A stretch of 64,000 nt of DNA from Desulfobacterales bacterium (GTDB taxonomy: Bacteria > Desulfobacterota > Desulfobacteria > Desulfobacterales > SURF-7). The stretch is from contig JBGSLR010000038.1 in the NCBI GenBank assembly GCA_041740615.1, forward strand, positions 98,169 through 162,168, in the 5' to 3' direction. The first letter of the stretch is position 1. Every line of letters starts with the position of its first letter. A program made the translations under genes and the position numbers. Below are positions 27,278 through 35,523 of this stretch, one piece after another. The notes below the pieces were generated by a model, which worked only from the letters and a program-made list of their open reading frames with translations, was not told the DNA's origin and did no database searches.

Positions 27278-28623
27278 ATGTCCTGCTGCTTTCCGCCAAT
27301 ATGCTGACCGAACCCTATCCGGTTTATCCCATTGGACTGGATTATGTCGCCGCGGCGTTGGCCCCGCGGCATCGGGTTCGGATAGCGGATATGAACGTGA
27401 TCCGGGATTCGTCATCCCTGATTCGAGAGATCCGAAAAGATCCGCCGGAAGTGATCGGCGTCTCCTTACGGAACGTGGACAATACGGACGCGACCGAACC
27501 GAAAACTTTTATGAAGGAGTACCGGCAACTCATTGCCGCCATCCGGAATCATTCCGATGCCATGATCGTCCTGGGCGGCAGCGGGTTCACGATTTTTCCG
27601 GAACAATTCATGGATATCCTGGAGGCCGATTACGGAATTGTCGGCGAAGGAGAGCGATTGGCGTCCTTGTTGGAGGTCATTGAAGGCCATGGGGACACAA
27701 CGCGGATCCCGGGAGTCATCGGTCGGCGGAATCGGCAGCGAACGTTCGGCCCCTTGGAGCGACCTTTTGAAAGGGGTTTCGACAGCCGAGGGGAACATCT
27801 CGGGTTTTACCTGAAAAACGGCGGGATGTTGAATGTCCAAACCAAAAGAGGCTGTCATTTCAACTGCGTTTATTGCACCTATCCGCAAGTGGAAGGACAT
27901 TCCCTGCGGTTGATAGCGCCTGCAGATGTGGCTCGCACAGCGCTTGAACTGCAGTCCGCGGGAGCCAAGTATCTTTTTATTACAGATTCGGCGTTCAATG
28001 TCGATATTGATCACAGTATGGCCGTGGCCCGGGCTTTCAAAGATGCCGGCCTGGCGATTCCCTGGGGTGCGTTTTTCGCGCCCGTCAAGTTGCCGGATGA
28101 TTATTTCCGAATCATGGCCGACGCCGGCTTGACGCATGTGGAGTTCGGTACGGAGTCTCTTTCGGATCCTGTTCTTTCCGCGTATCGCAAACCGTTTCGG
28201 AAAGCGGAAGTATTTCAGGCTCATCAGGCGGCCGTTGCGGCCGGACTATACGTGGCGCATTATTTCCTGCTGGGGGGGCCGGGCGAAGATGCGGACACCA
28301 TTACCGAGACGCTCTCAGATGTTGACAAGCTGAAACGAACTGTTTTATTTTTTTTCTGCGGGATGCGTATTTATCCCGATACGGCGTTGTATCACCTGGC
28401 TGTCCGGGAGGGTCTGCTCGAGTCCGACAACGACATCCTCGCCCCGGTATTTTATCGCGGCAACGCTCTGGAAGGGAGTGAAATTATCGGGCGGGTTCTG
28501 CAGGCTGCCCGAAATCGACCCAATTGGGTGGTCGGCTCAGGGGGGGGGGATACCGCTCGCATTATTGCCAGATTGTATGATCGCGGGTACGCAGGGCCGC
28601 TTTGGGAGCATCTGATTCGATAA
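27274..28623 (+). CDS. B12-binding-domain radical SAM enzyme (class B rSAM)
   Basis: ATG 27274 overlaps the KS-CLF stop (ATGA). N-terminal B12-like domain (VLLLSANM...VIGVSLRN...MIVLGGSG). CxxxCxxC (KRGCHFNCVYC). Confidence 0.85.
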   Translation: MNVLLLSANMLTEPYPVYPIGLDYVAAALAPRHRVRIADMNVIRDSSSLIREIRKDPPEVIGVSLRNVDNTDATEPKTFMKEYRQLIAAIRNHSDAMIVLGGSGFTIFPEQFMDILEADYGIVGEGERLASLLEVIEGHGDTTRIPGVIGRRNRQRTFGPLERPFERGFDSRGEHLGFYLKNGGMLNVQTKRGCHFNCVYCTYPQVEGHSLRLIAPADVARTALELQSAGAKYLFITDSAFNVDIDHSMAVARAFKDAGLAIPWGAFFAPVKLPDDYFRIMADAGLTHVEFGTESLSDPVLSAYRKPFRKAEVFQAHQAAVAAGLYVAHYFLLGGPGEDADTITETLSDVDKLKRTVLFFFCGMRIYPDTALYHLAVREGLLESDNDILAPVFYRGNALEGSEIIGRVLQAARNRPNWVVGSGGGDTARIIARLYDRGYAGPLWEHLIR

Positions 28624-28632
28624 ACTGTAAAT

Positions 28633-28989
28633 ATGTGGCATAAAGTCAATCATATCTCCCGATCGGAGACGACGGAAAGCTTGTCCGAAGTGGAAATCGG
28701 TCCCGATTCCCCATGGTTTTCAGGTCATTTCCCCGGTGATCCCATCGTGCCGGGAGTGGCTCAGCTGGGACTGGTGTTGGAGGCTCTCCAGCAAACCCGT
28801 GAACATCCCATAACCATAACGGAAATAAGTCGTATCCGTTTCCGACGTATTATCCGGCCGAACGAACCGATCCGTATTTTTATCGCGCCGGTCAACGGCC
28901 GGGTTGATACGGTCGCTTTTCGTATCTTGGTCGAAGAGGAGACGGTCTGCAACGGTTTGATGGTGGTGAAGGAAGCGCTTCCCGGATAG
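28633..28989 (+). CDS. FabZ-like hot-dog 3-hydroxyacyl-ACP dehydratase
   Basis: 118 aa with the canonical FabZ active-site motif HFPGDPIVPGV. Confidence 0.8.
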   Translation: MWHKVNHISRSETTESLSEVEIGPDSPWFSGHFPGDPIVPGVAQLGLVLEALQQTREHPITITEISRIRFRRIIRPNEPIRIFIAPVNGRVDTVAFRILVEEETVCNGLMVVKEALPG

Positions 28990-29140
28990 CGGCGGGGAAC
29001 CTGGCAAGCCAGGCAGCGCGCCATTGAATAACGGTTCGTGATGCGTTTTTCTTGCTCTAAATCCATATCGTTCCCCTTTCGGCATGTTCATTGCCGATTG
29101 GGACTTGATATACAGTTGCCGGAAGAAGCCGGCGGCGAAC

Positions 29141-29169
29141 TTGACCTTGCGCAAAAATAAACGTATATA
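29141..29169 (+). promoter_or_regulatory. candidate internal sigma-70 promoter ahead of ACP 2
   Basis: TTGACC (29141-46), 17-nt spacer, TATATA (29164-69). Lies within the 226-bp gap, ~47 nt upstream of ATG 29216. Confidence 0.55.
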
Positions 29170-29215
29170 GATAAATTTTCACAATTGCATAAATGCATAA
29201 AGGAGAATCAAACGG

Positions 29216-29482
29216 ATGTCGACGGCAAGCGATATTGAAAAAATTATGTTGCGGGTTGCGGAGATCATGATTGATGAACTCAAATTAGAGGATGTCACGC
29301 CGCAAACCTTCAATCCGGACATCGATCTGGTGGATGAAGTGGGCATCGACAGTATGGATCTGGCAACTGTGGCCCTTGTTCTTCGAGATGAATACGGGAT
29401 CCGGATCGATGAGGATGATTACCCCAAGCTCACCACCATTCGGTTGATTTCCGCGTATATAAAGAACAAATTATCGGCCTGA
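29216..29482 (+). CDS. acyl carrier protein (ACP 2)
   Basis: 88 aa with VGIDSMDLATV attachment motif. AAGGAG RBS. Confidence 0.9.
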   Translation: MSTASDIEKIMLRVAEIMIDELKLEDVTPQTFNPDIDLVDEVGIDSMDLATVALVLRDEYGIRIDEDDYPKLTTIRLISAYIKNKLSA

Positions 29483-29519
29483 TCAGGGTCGGAACGGATC
29501 CAATAATCGGAGAAAACAA

Positions 29520-30608
29520 GTGCGTGCCGTCAACATTGAACCAATTGGCGTAAGCGGTCATTCGTATAAAAAGGAATGGAAATTTTCCGACATTATCGCA
29601 GATCCGCTTGTGCGGGATCGCTGGGAAAAAGTCCGCAATTATTTTTTTCTGCGGGAGTCCACCTATGATATGACCAACCGCTGCAACATCCGCTGCGATG
29701 GTTGCTATTATTATGAAGGCGAAAAGCAGTTCGCCACGGAAAATGGGGATGTTGAAGCGTGGCGCAGGTTGATGCAGGCGGAAAAGAAGCGCGGTATAAC
29801 CTTCGTAGTGCTGGCCGGGGCCGAGCCGTCTCTGGTTCCGGAACTGTGTGAAATCTGTTATGGGGAAATCCCGCTCGGCGCCATTGCCACCAACGGACTG
29901 AAGCAAATACCGAAGACGGTGAATTATAAAATCCATATTTCGGTCTGGGGTGATGATGAGACCAGTTTGAAAACCCGCAAAGCAAAGGACATGCTGCTCC
30001 GGCAGATCGATAATTATCGGGATGATCCAAGGGCCGTATTCATTTATACCTTCACGAGGGAAAATATTCAGCAGGCCGAACACGTACTGGAAATACTCGA
30101 ACGGAACAATTGCGTGGCAAGCTTCAACATGTTTTCAGCGCCGGTGGGATACACGGGCGGCCTTCGTCACACACCCGAATCCCTTTCGAATACGCGTAGC
30201 ATGATGATCCGCCTGCTGGATCGGTATCCGCGCAATGTATCGTTTTCCTATTACAATGCCGTTGCACATACGCATCCGAACAGTCTGCATGACCTTTACG
30301 GTTGCCTGTACCCGCGCATGAACCCTACTGCCGGTATGGGACTCGGTCGTTCTTTTCGGCAATACCGCACGGATTTAAGCTGGGATAAACGTTTGGCTTG
30401 TTGCGTTCCGGATACGGACTGCGCCGATTGTCGCCATTACGCTGCGGGTAGTGCGGTTGTGACGGCCAAGCTGTATCGTCACGCCGGAAATCCGGAAACG
30501 TTCAGGGCCTGGTTGGATTATGCGGATACGTATTTGAGTGTTTGGGTGGTCGGATATGAAAAAGGAAGGAACCTATGCAATTATGTGATTTCACCACCTG
30601 ATAAATGA
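29520..30608 (+). CDS. radical SAM enzyme with C-terminal Cys cluster (paralog A)
   Basis: GTG start after a GGAGA RBS. CxxxCxxC (NRCNIRCDGCYYY). C-terminal CC-x6-C-x2-C (ACCVPDTDCADCRHY). No B12 domain. Confidence 0.8.
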   Translation: MRAVNIEPIGVSGHSYKKEWKFSDIIADPLVRDRWEKVRNYFFLRESTYDMTNRCNIRCDGCYYYEGEKQFATENGDVEAWRRLMQAEKKRGITFVVLAGAEPSLVPELCEICYGEIPLGAIATNGLKQIPKTVNYKIHISVWGDDETSLKTRKAKDMLLRQIDNYRDDPRAVFIYTFTRENIQQAEHVLEILERNNCVASFNMFSAPVGYTGGLRHTPESLSNTRSMMIRLLDRYPRNVSFSYYNAVAHTHPNSLHDLYGCLYPRMNPTAGMGLGRSFRQYRTDLSWDKRLACCVPDTDCADCRHYAAGSAVVTAKLYRHAGNPETFRAWLDYADTYLSVWVVGYEKGRNLCNYVISPPDK

Positions 30609-30627
30609 TGGATCAAGGAGCCGGTTG

Positions 30628-31626
30628 ATGAAAACGGTCAGTTCACTGTTGGACAAGGAATGGCATGAACGCTATACTCGCATTTCGAAACTGAATATCC
30701 GCAGCTCGATTTATGATGTAACCAATCGTTGTAATCTTCGCTGTAAGGGATGTTTCTTTTTTTCTTCCGGCGAGCATGAGGCCGCAATAGAGGAAAACGA
30801 TATCACAAAATGGGTAGCCTTTATCGAAAAGGAAAAGGGACGGGGGGTGAACCTGGCCATTCTGATCGGAGGAGAGCCGACCCTTTGCCTGGATCGCGTT
30901 GAGGCTTTTTATAAGCGCCTGCCGACATTCTGTGCCACAAACGGTTTGATCAAGGTGCCGCGGGATCGATTCCCCGATATGATGGTCGGAATTTCCGTTT
31001 GGGGTGATGAAAAAGATGAGCAAACCCTTCGAGGGAAGGATACCTTTTCCGTATCCCGCAAGAACTATGCAGGTGATCCCTATACATATTATCTGTATAC
31101 GATCACGCCCAAACAGATCGGAAAAACCGAGCAGGTGATTCGAAAAATAAGGGATGTCGGCCTGAAAGTTCATATGCAGCTCCTGTCCAATGACGAAGGC
31201 GTCAACGGTTTTTCCTGGTCGGTGCAGGAACTTTCGGATATCCGTATGGAAATGGACACGATGCTCGACACCTATCCCGACACGGTCATTTCTTCCAAAT
31301 ACTATCATGAGATTATCACCGGCGGGAAAATGATGGATCGGAATTTCGGATGGCTGGAATGTCCATCCGTGACCGATGCGCTGGATAACCGGGAGCCGCG
31401 CCCCAGGAGGTTGACGAATTTCATTCGCTGGGCCTCTGACCTGAAAACCATGCACCGCTGCTGTACTTCTGAAACCCGTGACTGTGCAACCTGCAAAGAC
31501 GGCGCCGCACACATGAGCTGGGTTATGGTCAACAAGCGCGCGCACATGCGTTCCACACAGGATCTTCAGAATTGGATAGAAGTGTACGAAATGTTTGCTA
31601 AATTGTATCAATTTATTCCCTGGTAA
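30628..31626 (+). CDS. radical SAM enzyme with C-terminal Cys cluster (paralog B)
   Basis: AAGGAG RBS. NRCNLRCKGCFFF. C-terminal CC-x6-C-x2-C (RCCTSETRDCATCKDG). Colinear with paralog A (ATNGL, ISVWGDE). Confidence 0.8.
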   Translation: MKTVSSLLDKEWHERYTRISKLNIRSSIYDVTNRCNLRCKGCFFFSSGEHEAAIEENDITKWVAFIEKEKGRGVNLAILIGGEPTLCLDRVEAFYKRLPTFCATNGLIKVPRDRFPDMMVGISVWGDEKDEQTLRGKDTFSVSRKNYAGDPYTYYLYTITPKQIGKTEQVIRKIRDVGLKVHMQLLSNDEGVNGFSWSVQELSDIRMEMDTMLDTYPDTVISSKYYHEIITGGKMMDRNFGWLECPSVTDALDNREPRPRRLTNFIRWASDLKTMHRCCTSETRDCATCKDGAAHMSWVMVNKRAHMRSTQDLQNWIEVYEMFAKLYQFIPW

Positions 31627-31631
31627 GGGGT

Positions 31632-32882
31632 ATGGGATCAACAACAGCGGTCATTGTCGGATATGACGCGGTTTCCCCTCTGGGAATTGAATTGGAGGAA
31701 CAGTGGGCGCGGGCCGTACGGGGCGAGAGTGGTATCGGGCCGTTGACGCGGTTTACCTTCGGAGAGGATTTCCCGGTCCGAATCGCCGGTCAGGTGCCGG
31801 ATATCGATCACTTGATCTATCCGTTTTTAAGACCCCGGGAACAGGCCTGTTGGCGTTCACCGATTTTTAAATATGCGCTTCTGACGGTTCAGCGTGCCCT
31901 TGAAAAAAGCGGCATAGAGATCACGGCGGACATGGCCCGGCGAGTTGCGGTAACCTACAGTTCCGCCATCGGCGGTATCGATGCCGTATTACATGCCGAT
32001 CGTTTGATGATTTCGGATGGGAAATGGCCCCATCCGTATACCAATCCGAATGCCTGTATCAACATGGTCGGTGGGAAGATATCCATGTTGACCGGTGCCA
32101 CCGGTCCCATCACCGCCACGATTACCGCTTGTGCCACCGGCGTGACGTCCATGATTATCGGCGCCATGCTTCTGGCCGGAGGTCAGGCGGATGTGGCCAT
32201 CTGCGGCGCCGTGGATTTCGCATTGGTGGAACCGATCGTCGCCGGTTTTGCATCCATGAACGGGGCCTATGTCCCAAAAGAAGGGCAACCTTTTGAATCT
32301 CCTGCAAAGGCCAGTCGACCTTTTTCGGCTCACCGAAGAGGTTTTGTCATTTCCGAGGGGGCTGGGGCGATTATTCTCGCCACCAAAGAATTTGCCCGTG
32401 CGAACGGGTTGGCGCATGCGATCGAAATCGCTGGCTGGGGTATGACGTCGGATGCGCACCATTTTGTCGCTCCCCATGTTGAAACCGTTCGAAACTGCAT
32501 GAACGACAGTCTGGTTCATGCGGGAATCCAAGCGCAAGATGTTCAGGCGGTCAATGCCCATGCAACTTCCACACGGGTCGGCGACAAGGTGGAAGTTGAC
32601 GCGTTGCGGGAGGTGTTTTGCGGCCGAATTCCACCGGTGACGGCGAATAAATCCCTTTTTGGACATGCGATGGGCGCTTCCAGCGCCATAGAATCCATCT
32701 TCGCGATCAAGGGGATGTTGACGGACACCCTCCCGCCGACAATCAATTACCGGCCTGATCCGGAACTGGATCTGGATTGTGTGCCGGACCATCGACGGGT
32801 GTTGCGCCAGGAACATGTGCTCAAAAACGCTTTTGGATTTGGCGGTTGTAACTCGTGTATCGTTTTCCGCAGGATTGAGTAA
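31632..32882 (+). CDS. beta-ketoacyl-ACP synthase (FabB/F-like KS)
   Basis: Cys-His-His triad: ITACATG, NAHATSTRVGD, LFGHAMGASSAIE. Confidence 0.88.
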   Translation: MGSTTAVIVGYDAVSPLGIELEEQWARAVRGESGIGPLTRFTFGEDFPVRIAGQVPDIDHLIYPFLRPREQACWRSPIFKYALLTVQRALEKSGIEITADMARRVAVTYSSAIGGIDAVLHADRLMISDGKWPHPYTNPNACINMVGGKISMLTGATGPITATITACATGVTSMIIGAMLLAGGQADVAICGAVDFALVEPIVAGFASMNGAYVPKEGQPFESPAKASRPFSAHRRGFVISEGAGAIILATKEFARANGLAHAIEIAGWGMTSDAHHFVAPHVETVRNCMNDSLVHAGIQAQDVQAVNAHATSTRVGDKVEVDALREVFCGRIPPVTANKSLFGHAMGASSAIESIFAIKGMLTDTLPPTINYRPDPELDLDCVPDHRRVLRQEHVLKNAFGFGGCNSCIVFRRIE

Positions 32883-32895
32883 GGATTAAATTAAA

Positions 32896-34161
32896 ATGAG
32901 ATCGCCGAAGAACAGGCGCGTTTTTATCGTTGGATACGGTGCGGCTACGCCTCTTGGCAGGACATTTGCGAAAACCTGGGAACGGGCGGTCAATGGTGAT
33001 GCCGGATTCCGCAAAATAACCCGTTGTGAGGTCAAAACCAGGAGTAACGTGGTGGGGGAAATCCCGGATTGGGATCCCCTCTCGATGGACTTCATTGATC
33101 GCAAGGAAGCTCACAACTGGGATGCGGATTTCGTTCTGCTGACCATGGCAGTGTGCCGGGAGGCCTTGGTCCATTCCGGACTGGAGATGAACGCAGAGAC
33201 GGCCCCCCGAACAGCCTGTCTGATCGGATCGGCTTTGAATGGCACCGATGCCTTTCGTATCGCCATGGAAAATTATGCCACCAAAGGCCCGTATAAGGTC
33301 AGTCCATACCTGTTGCCGAATCTCTGCGCCAACTTGCCGGCCGGAAAGGCTGGTATGTTGTTGGGTTTCACCGGACCGATTTTCTCACCCCAGGGTGCTT
33401 GTGCCTCGGGTAATCACGCCATCGGTATCGGCGCGCGGATGATCCGGGACGGAGATTGTGATTTTGTGTTGGCGGGGGGAGTCGACACCTGCCTGGTGCC
33501 GGAAATCATTCAGGGGTTCGCCAATATGATGGCCACGATCAAGATCAATCCAGATGATCGGGCCTTTTTGGATCCCACCCAGGCTTCCCGTCCCTTCAGT
33601 ATCGACCGGAAAGGGATCGTACTTTCCGAGGGCGGCGGTGTCGTAGTGCTGGCCGCCGATGATGCCTTGCGATCCTGGGGGCTGACGCCCAGAGCCGAGG
33701 TAATGGGGGTGGGGTGGACGTCGGACGCCTATCATTTTACGCGACCCAACGCGGCGACCATTGTGCGGGCCATTCGCAGCGCCATAGAGGACGCCGAACT
33801 GCAACCCGAAGATATCCAGTACGTCAATGCCCACGGCACTTCGACCATGAAAGGGGATACTACGGAAGTCGAATGCCTGCGGACTGTTTTCGGTGGGCTG
33901 CTTGAACAAATTCCCGTCTCTTCCAATAAAAGCCAGATTGGTCATACGCTGGGGGCGTCCGCCGCCATCGAGGCGGCTCTCGGTATCGAAGCCATGCAGC
34001 AAGGGCTGATTTTACCGACCGTGAACCATATCCCGGATCCGAGTCTGGCCGACATCGATGTGGTCCCCAACGCCGTGCGGCGTCAGCGCTATGAGTTTTT
34101 TCTCTCCAATGCATTTGGATTCGGCGGAACCAATTGTTGCGTCGTTTTTCGGGGGGTATGA
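32896..34161 (+). CDS. beta-ketoacyl-ACP synthase II-like (FabF-like KS)
   Basis: PQGACASGNHAIG, NAHGTSTMKGD, QIGHTLGASAAIE, C-terminal FGFGGTNCCVVF. Confidence 0.88.
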   Translation: MRSPKNRRVFIVGYGAATPLGRTFAKTWERAVNGDAGFRKITRCEVKTRSNVVGEIPDWDPLSMDFIDRKEAHNWDADFVLLTMAVCREALVHSGLEMNAETAPRTACLIGSALNGTDAFRIAMENYATKGPYKVSPYLLPNLCANLPAGKAGMLLGFTGPIFSPQGACASGNHAIGIGARMIRDGDCDFVLAGGVDTCLVPEIIQGFANMMATIKINPDDRAFLDPTQASRPFSIDRKGIVLSEGGGVVVLAADDALRSWGLTPRAEVMGVGWTSDAYHFTRPNAATIVRAIRSAIEDAELQPEDIQYVNAHGTSTMKGDTTEVECLRTVFGGLLEQIPVSSNKSQIGHTLGASAAIEAALGIEAMQQGLILPTVNHIPDPSLADIDVVPNAVRRQRYEFFLSNAFGFGGTNCCVVFRGV

Positions 34162-34162
34162 C

Positions 34163-34642
34163 ATGCGGCCGAAACCGTTTCTCGCAAAAATGATCGATGG
34201 TGATGAGCGCTATGTCAGAAATCAAAACGACGGGCATGTCTGGCATCGGTGCATGCACCGGACGTTGTATGCGGATACGGATCGCTCCCAAGTTGTCTAT
34301 CACGCCAACTATTTGCGTTATTTCGAATACGGTCGGGCCTCTCTGATGCGTGATGCCGCCTATCCGTATCGGGAAATCGAAGAAAACGGATATATCTATC
34401 CCATTATTGAAATCGGGATCACTTATCACAGTCCCCTATATTATGATGACGCCATGTGGATTCACACCCGGCCTTCGGAAATGGAACGAGTGCGGTTGCG
34501 TTTCGACTATATCATTGTGAACGAAAAAACCGGCGAGATCGTCTGTAAAGGATTCACACGGCATTGCGCCACCAACCGAACGGGCATTCCCGTAGAGGTG
34601 GATAAAAAAACGGTTCATTTATGGGAGATCTTTCCAAAATAG
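34163..34642 (+). CDS. 4HBT/YbgC-type acyl thioesterase
   Basis: Start taken at ATG 34163, directly after the KS stop. Motif VYHANYLRYFEYGR typical of the YbgC/4HBT hot-dog family. Confidence 0.75.
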   Translation: MRPKPFLAKMIDGDERYVRNQNDGHVWHRCMHRTLYADTDRSQVVYHANYLRYFEYGRASLMRDAAYPYREIEENGYIYPIIEIGITYHSPLYYDDAMWIHTRPSEMERVRLRFDYIIVNEKTGEIVCKGFTRHCATNRTGIPVEVDKKTVHLWEIFPK

Positions 34643-35523
34643 TTACAGAAATCCGCCGTCCGATTACGATTTCCGTTCCTTCCTACCTGATGGATCATCG
34701 TTTTGAAGGAGCGACCGTCATGCCGGCGGTGGAGGCCATGCAGGTGTTGGCCGCATCCGTCCGGGAGGCGTTCCCCGGGACCCGGATCCGGATAATAAAG
34801 GATGCAAATTTTGAAAAATTCCTATATATTGAACCCGGTACCAAGTCGTTTTCGGCGTTCACCGATTTGTGTCGGTTCGAAAACGGCGATATTGTCGCCC
34901 GGTTGCTGACGAGATCCCAAAGCGGCAGGGCGGCCATTACCCGGGTGAAGGAACATGCGGTCGTTCGTTTTTCAACTCATCCGGACAAAAAAACACCAGG
35001 CAGCACCGGTTGCCGGGTGGAATCGGGGACCGGCGGAATGACGATCGCACCGGAGAGGATTTATCGCGAACTGGTTCCTTTCGGTTCCTCGTATCACAAC
35101 ATTACCGATGCGGTGGAGCTCTTCAAATCAGGGGCGATCGCCAGGGTGCGTGCCGCCGATATCGAAGGCGCTGGAACGCTTCCGAATTTTTTGGGGTCGC
35201 CGTTCCCATTGGATGCGGCATTTCATATCGCCTGTGTCTGGGGGCAGCGTTTTTATGGGATCGTCGCTTTCCCAGTGGGTTTTGCGTGTAGAGAGATTAT
35301 CCATCCGACCCAACCGGGTAATCTGTATCTTGCGACTGTCACGCCACTGCCGGAAGCGGGAAAGGGTTGTTTGCTGTTCGATCTTCGGATCGAGACGCTT
35401 TCCGGAGACCTCTGTGAAGGGGTTCGAAGTGTCTGTATGCGTGATGTGAGCGCCGGACGGATCAAGCCACCTCGCTGGATTGTTGAAGACCGTGAGGCAA
35501 CGCATGAAAGTGTTTTTCCATAG
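34621..35523 (+). CDS. polyketide-synthase-type dehydratase (double hot-dog, PS-DH-like)
   Basis: 300 aa. N-terminal HxxxGxxxxP motif (MDHRFEGATVMPAVEAM) diagnostic of PKS DH domains. 22-nt overlap with the thioesterase gene. Confidence 0.65.
   Translation: MGDLSKIVTEIRRPITISVPSYLMDHRFEGATVMPAVEAMQVLAASVREAFPGTRIRIIKDANFEKFLYIEPGTKSFSAFTDLCRFENGDIVARLLTRSQSGRAAITRVKEHAVVRFSTHPDKKTPGSTGCRVESGTGGMTIAPERIYRELVPFGSSYHNITDAVELFKSGAIARVRAADIEGAGTLPNFLGSPFPLDAAFHIACVWGQRFYGIVAFPVGFACREIIHPTQPGNLYLATVTPLPEAGKGCLLFDLRIETLSGDLCEGVRSVCMRDVSAGRIKPPRWIVEDREATHESVFP

Noticed and set aside
30643-31644. 333-aa ORF exactly antisense to the 333-aa radical SAM gene
   Set aside because: It has no recognisable motif and a low-complexity composition. 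The sense strand carries CxxxCxxC, a good RBS and a paralog next door. I treat it as a shadow ORF.
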